A stretch of 64,000 bases of DNA from Candidatus Dormiibacterota bacterium (GTDB taxonomy: Bacteria; Chloroflexota; Dormibacteria; Aeolococcales; Aeolococcaceae): NCBI GenBank assembly GCA_963718525.1, contig OY970355.1:1536001-1600000 (forward strand), read 5' to 3'. This document shows, piece by piece, positions 62,071-64,000 of the stretch. Below the pieces are notes generated by a model. The model was given only the letters and a program-made list of their open reading frames with translations. It was not told the origin of the DNA and made no database searches. Numbering within the stretch: the stretch's first letter is position 1; each line of letters begins with the position of its first letter. A program made the position numbers and the translations under genes.

Positions 62071-62377
62071 GAAAGGCGGCGGGAGCTCCCGCAACGGACG
62101 CGACTCCAAGGCGAAGCGTCTGGGCGTCAAGCGCCACACCGGCGAGGTCGTGCTGGCGGGCACCATCCTGGTCCGTCAGCGCGGTACCAAGATCCTCGCG
62201 GGTGAGCACGTGGGGGTCGGGCGTGACCACACGCTCTTCGCTCTGCGCACCGGCACCGTCGCCTATGATCACACCGGCCATGACCGGACTCGCGCCAACG
62301 TTCGCGCGATGCCGATCTTCTCGATCGGGGAGATGATCGAGGAGCCAGACGAGGAGCCGGTCGCAGCGACCGGCTGA
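62060..62377 (+). CDS. rpmA: 50S ribosomal protein L27
   Basis: [34 protein letters not shown]. Confidence 0.96.
   Translation: MAHKKGGGSSRNGRDSKAKRLGVKRHTGEVVLAGTILVRQRGTKILAGEHVGVGRDHTLFALRTGTVAYDHTGHDRTRANVRAMPIFSIGEMIEEPDEEPVAATG

Positions 62378-64000
<1,623 letters not shown>

Overview
High-GC bacterial chromosome segment. Gene content and protein style suggest a Chloroflexota-related or Dormibacterota/Actinobacteria-like soil aerobe; this is inference only. 1-13.3 kb: form I aerobic CO dehydrogenase locus (coxL with AYRCSFR, two XdhC/CoxF-type maturases, MocA, CoxG, CoxE, CoxD) with a molybdate ABC importer. 13.3-17.6 kb: copper-handling locus (SCO, membrane leader protein, His-terminal exported protein, CopC/CopD fusion). 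17.6-32.3 kb: hydrolase, VOC, ChrA, a GntR-controlled Liv-type ABC/FAH/HMG-aldolase-TauE catabolic operon and a PspC two-component locus. 32.3-37.2 kb: small accessory block at tRNA-Thr(CGT). 37.2-64 kb: mostly housekeeping (alkZ-like, eis-like, leuS, GT-C glycosyltransferases, tRNA-Leu, tig, ABC exporter, clpPX, valS, maf, rplU, rpmA, obg, partial nadD). The two best candidates for undescribed systems are (i) a His-rich membrane leader ending in an RxPP ribosome-arrest-like motif, with a visible anti-SD/SD switch in front of the copper-uptake genes, and (ii) an orphan, charge-degenerate complex I/Mrp-like membrane-arm operon with no redox subunits. Also seen: an in-frame internally deleted mini-mscL, a degenerate inverted repeat bracketing 4 kb of the tRNA-linked block, and several start-codon or frameshift anomalies that could be assembly errors. 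All assignments come from motif recognition by eye; no database searches were run.
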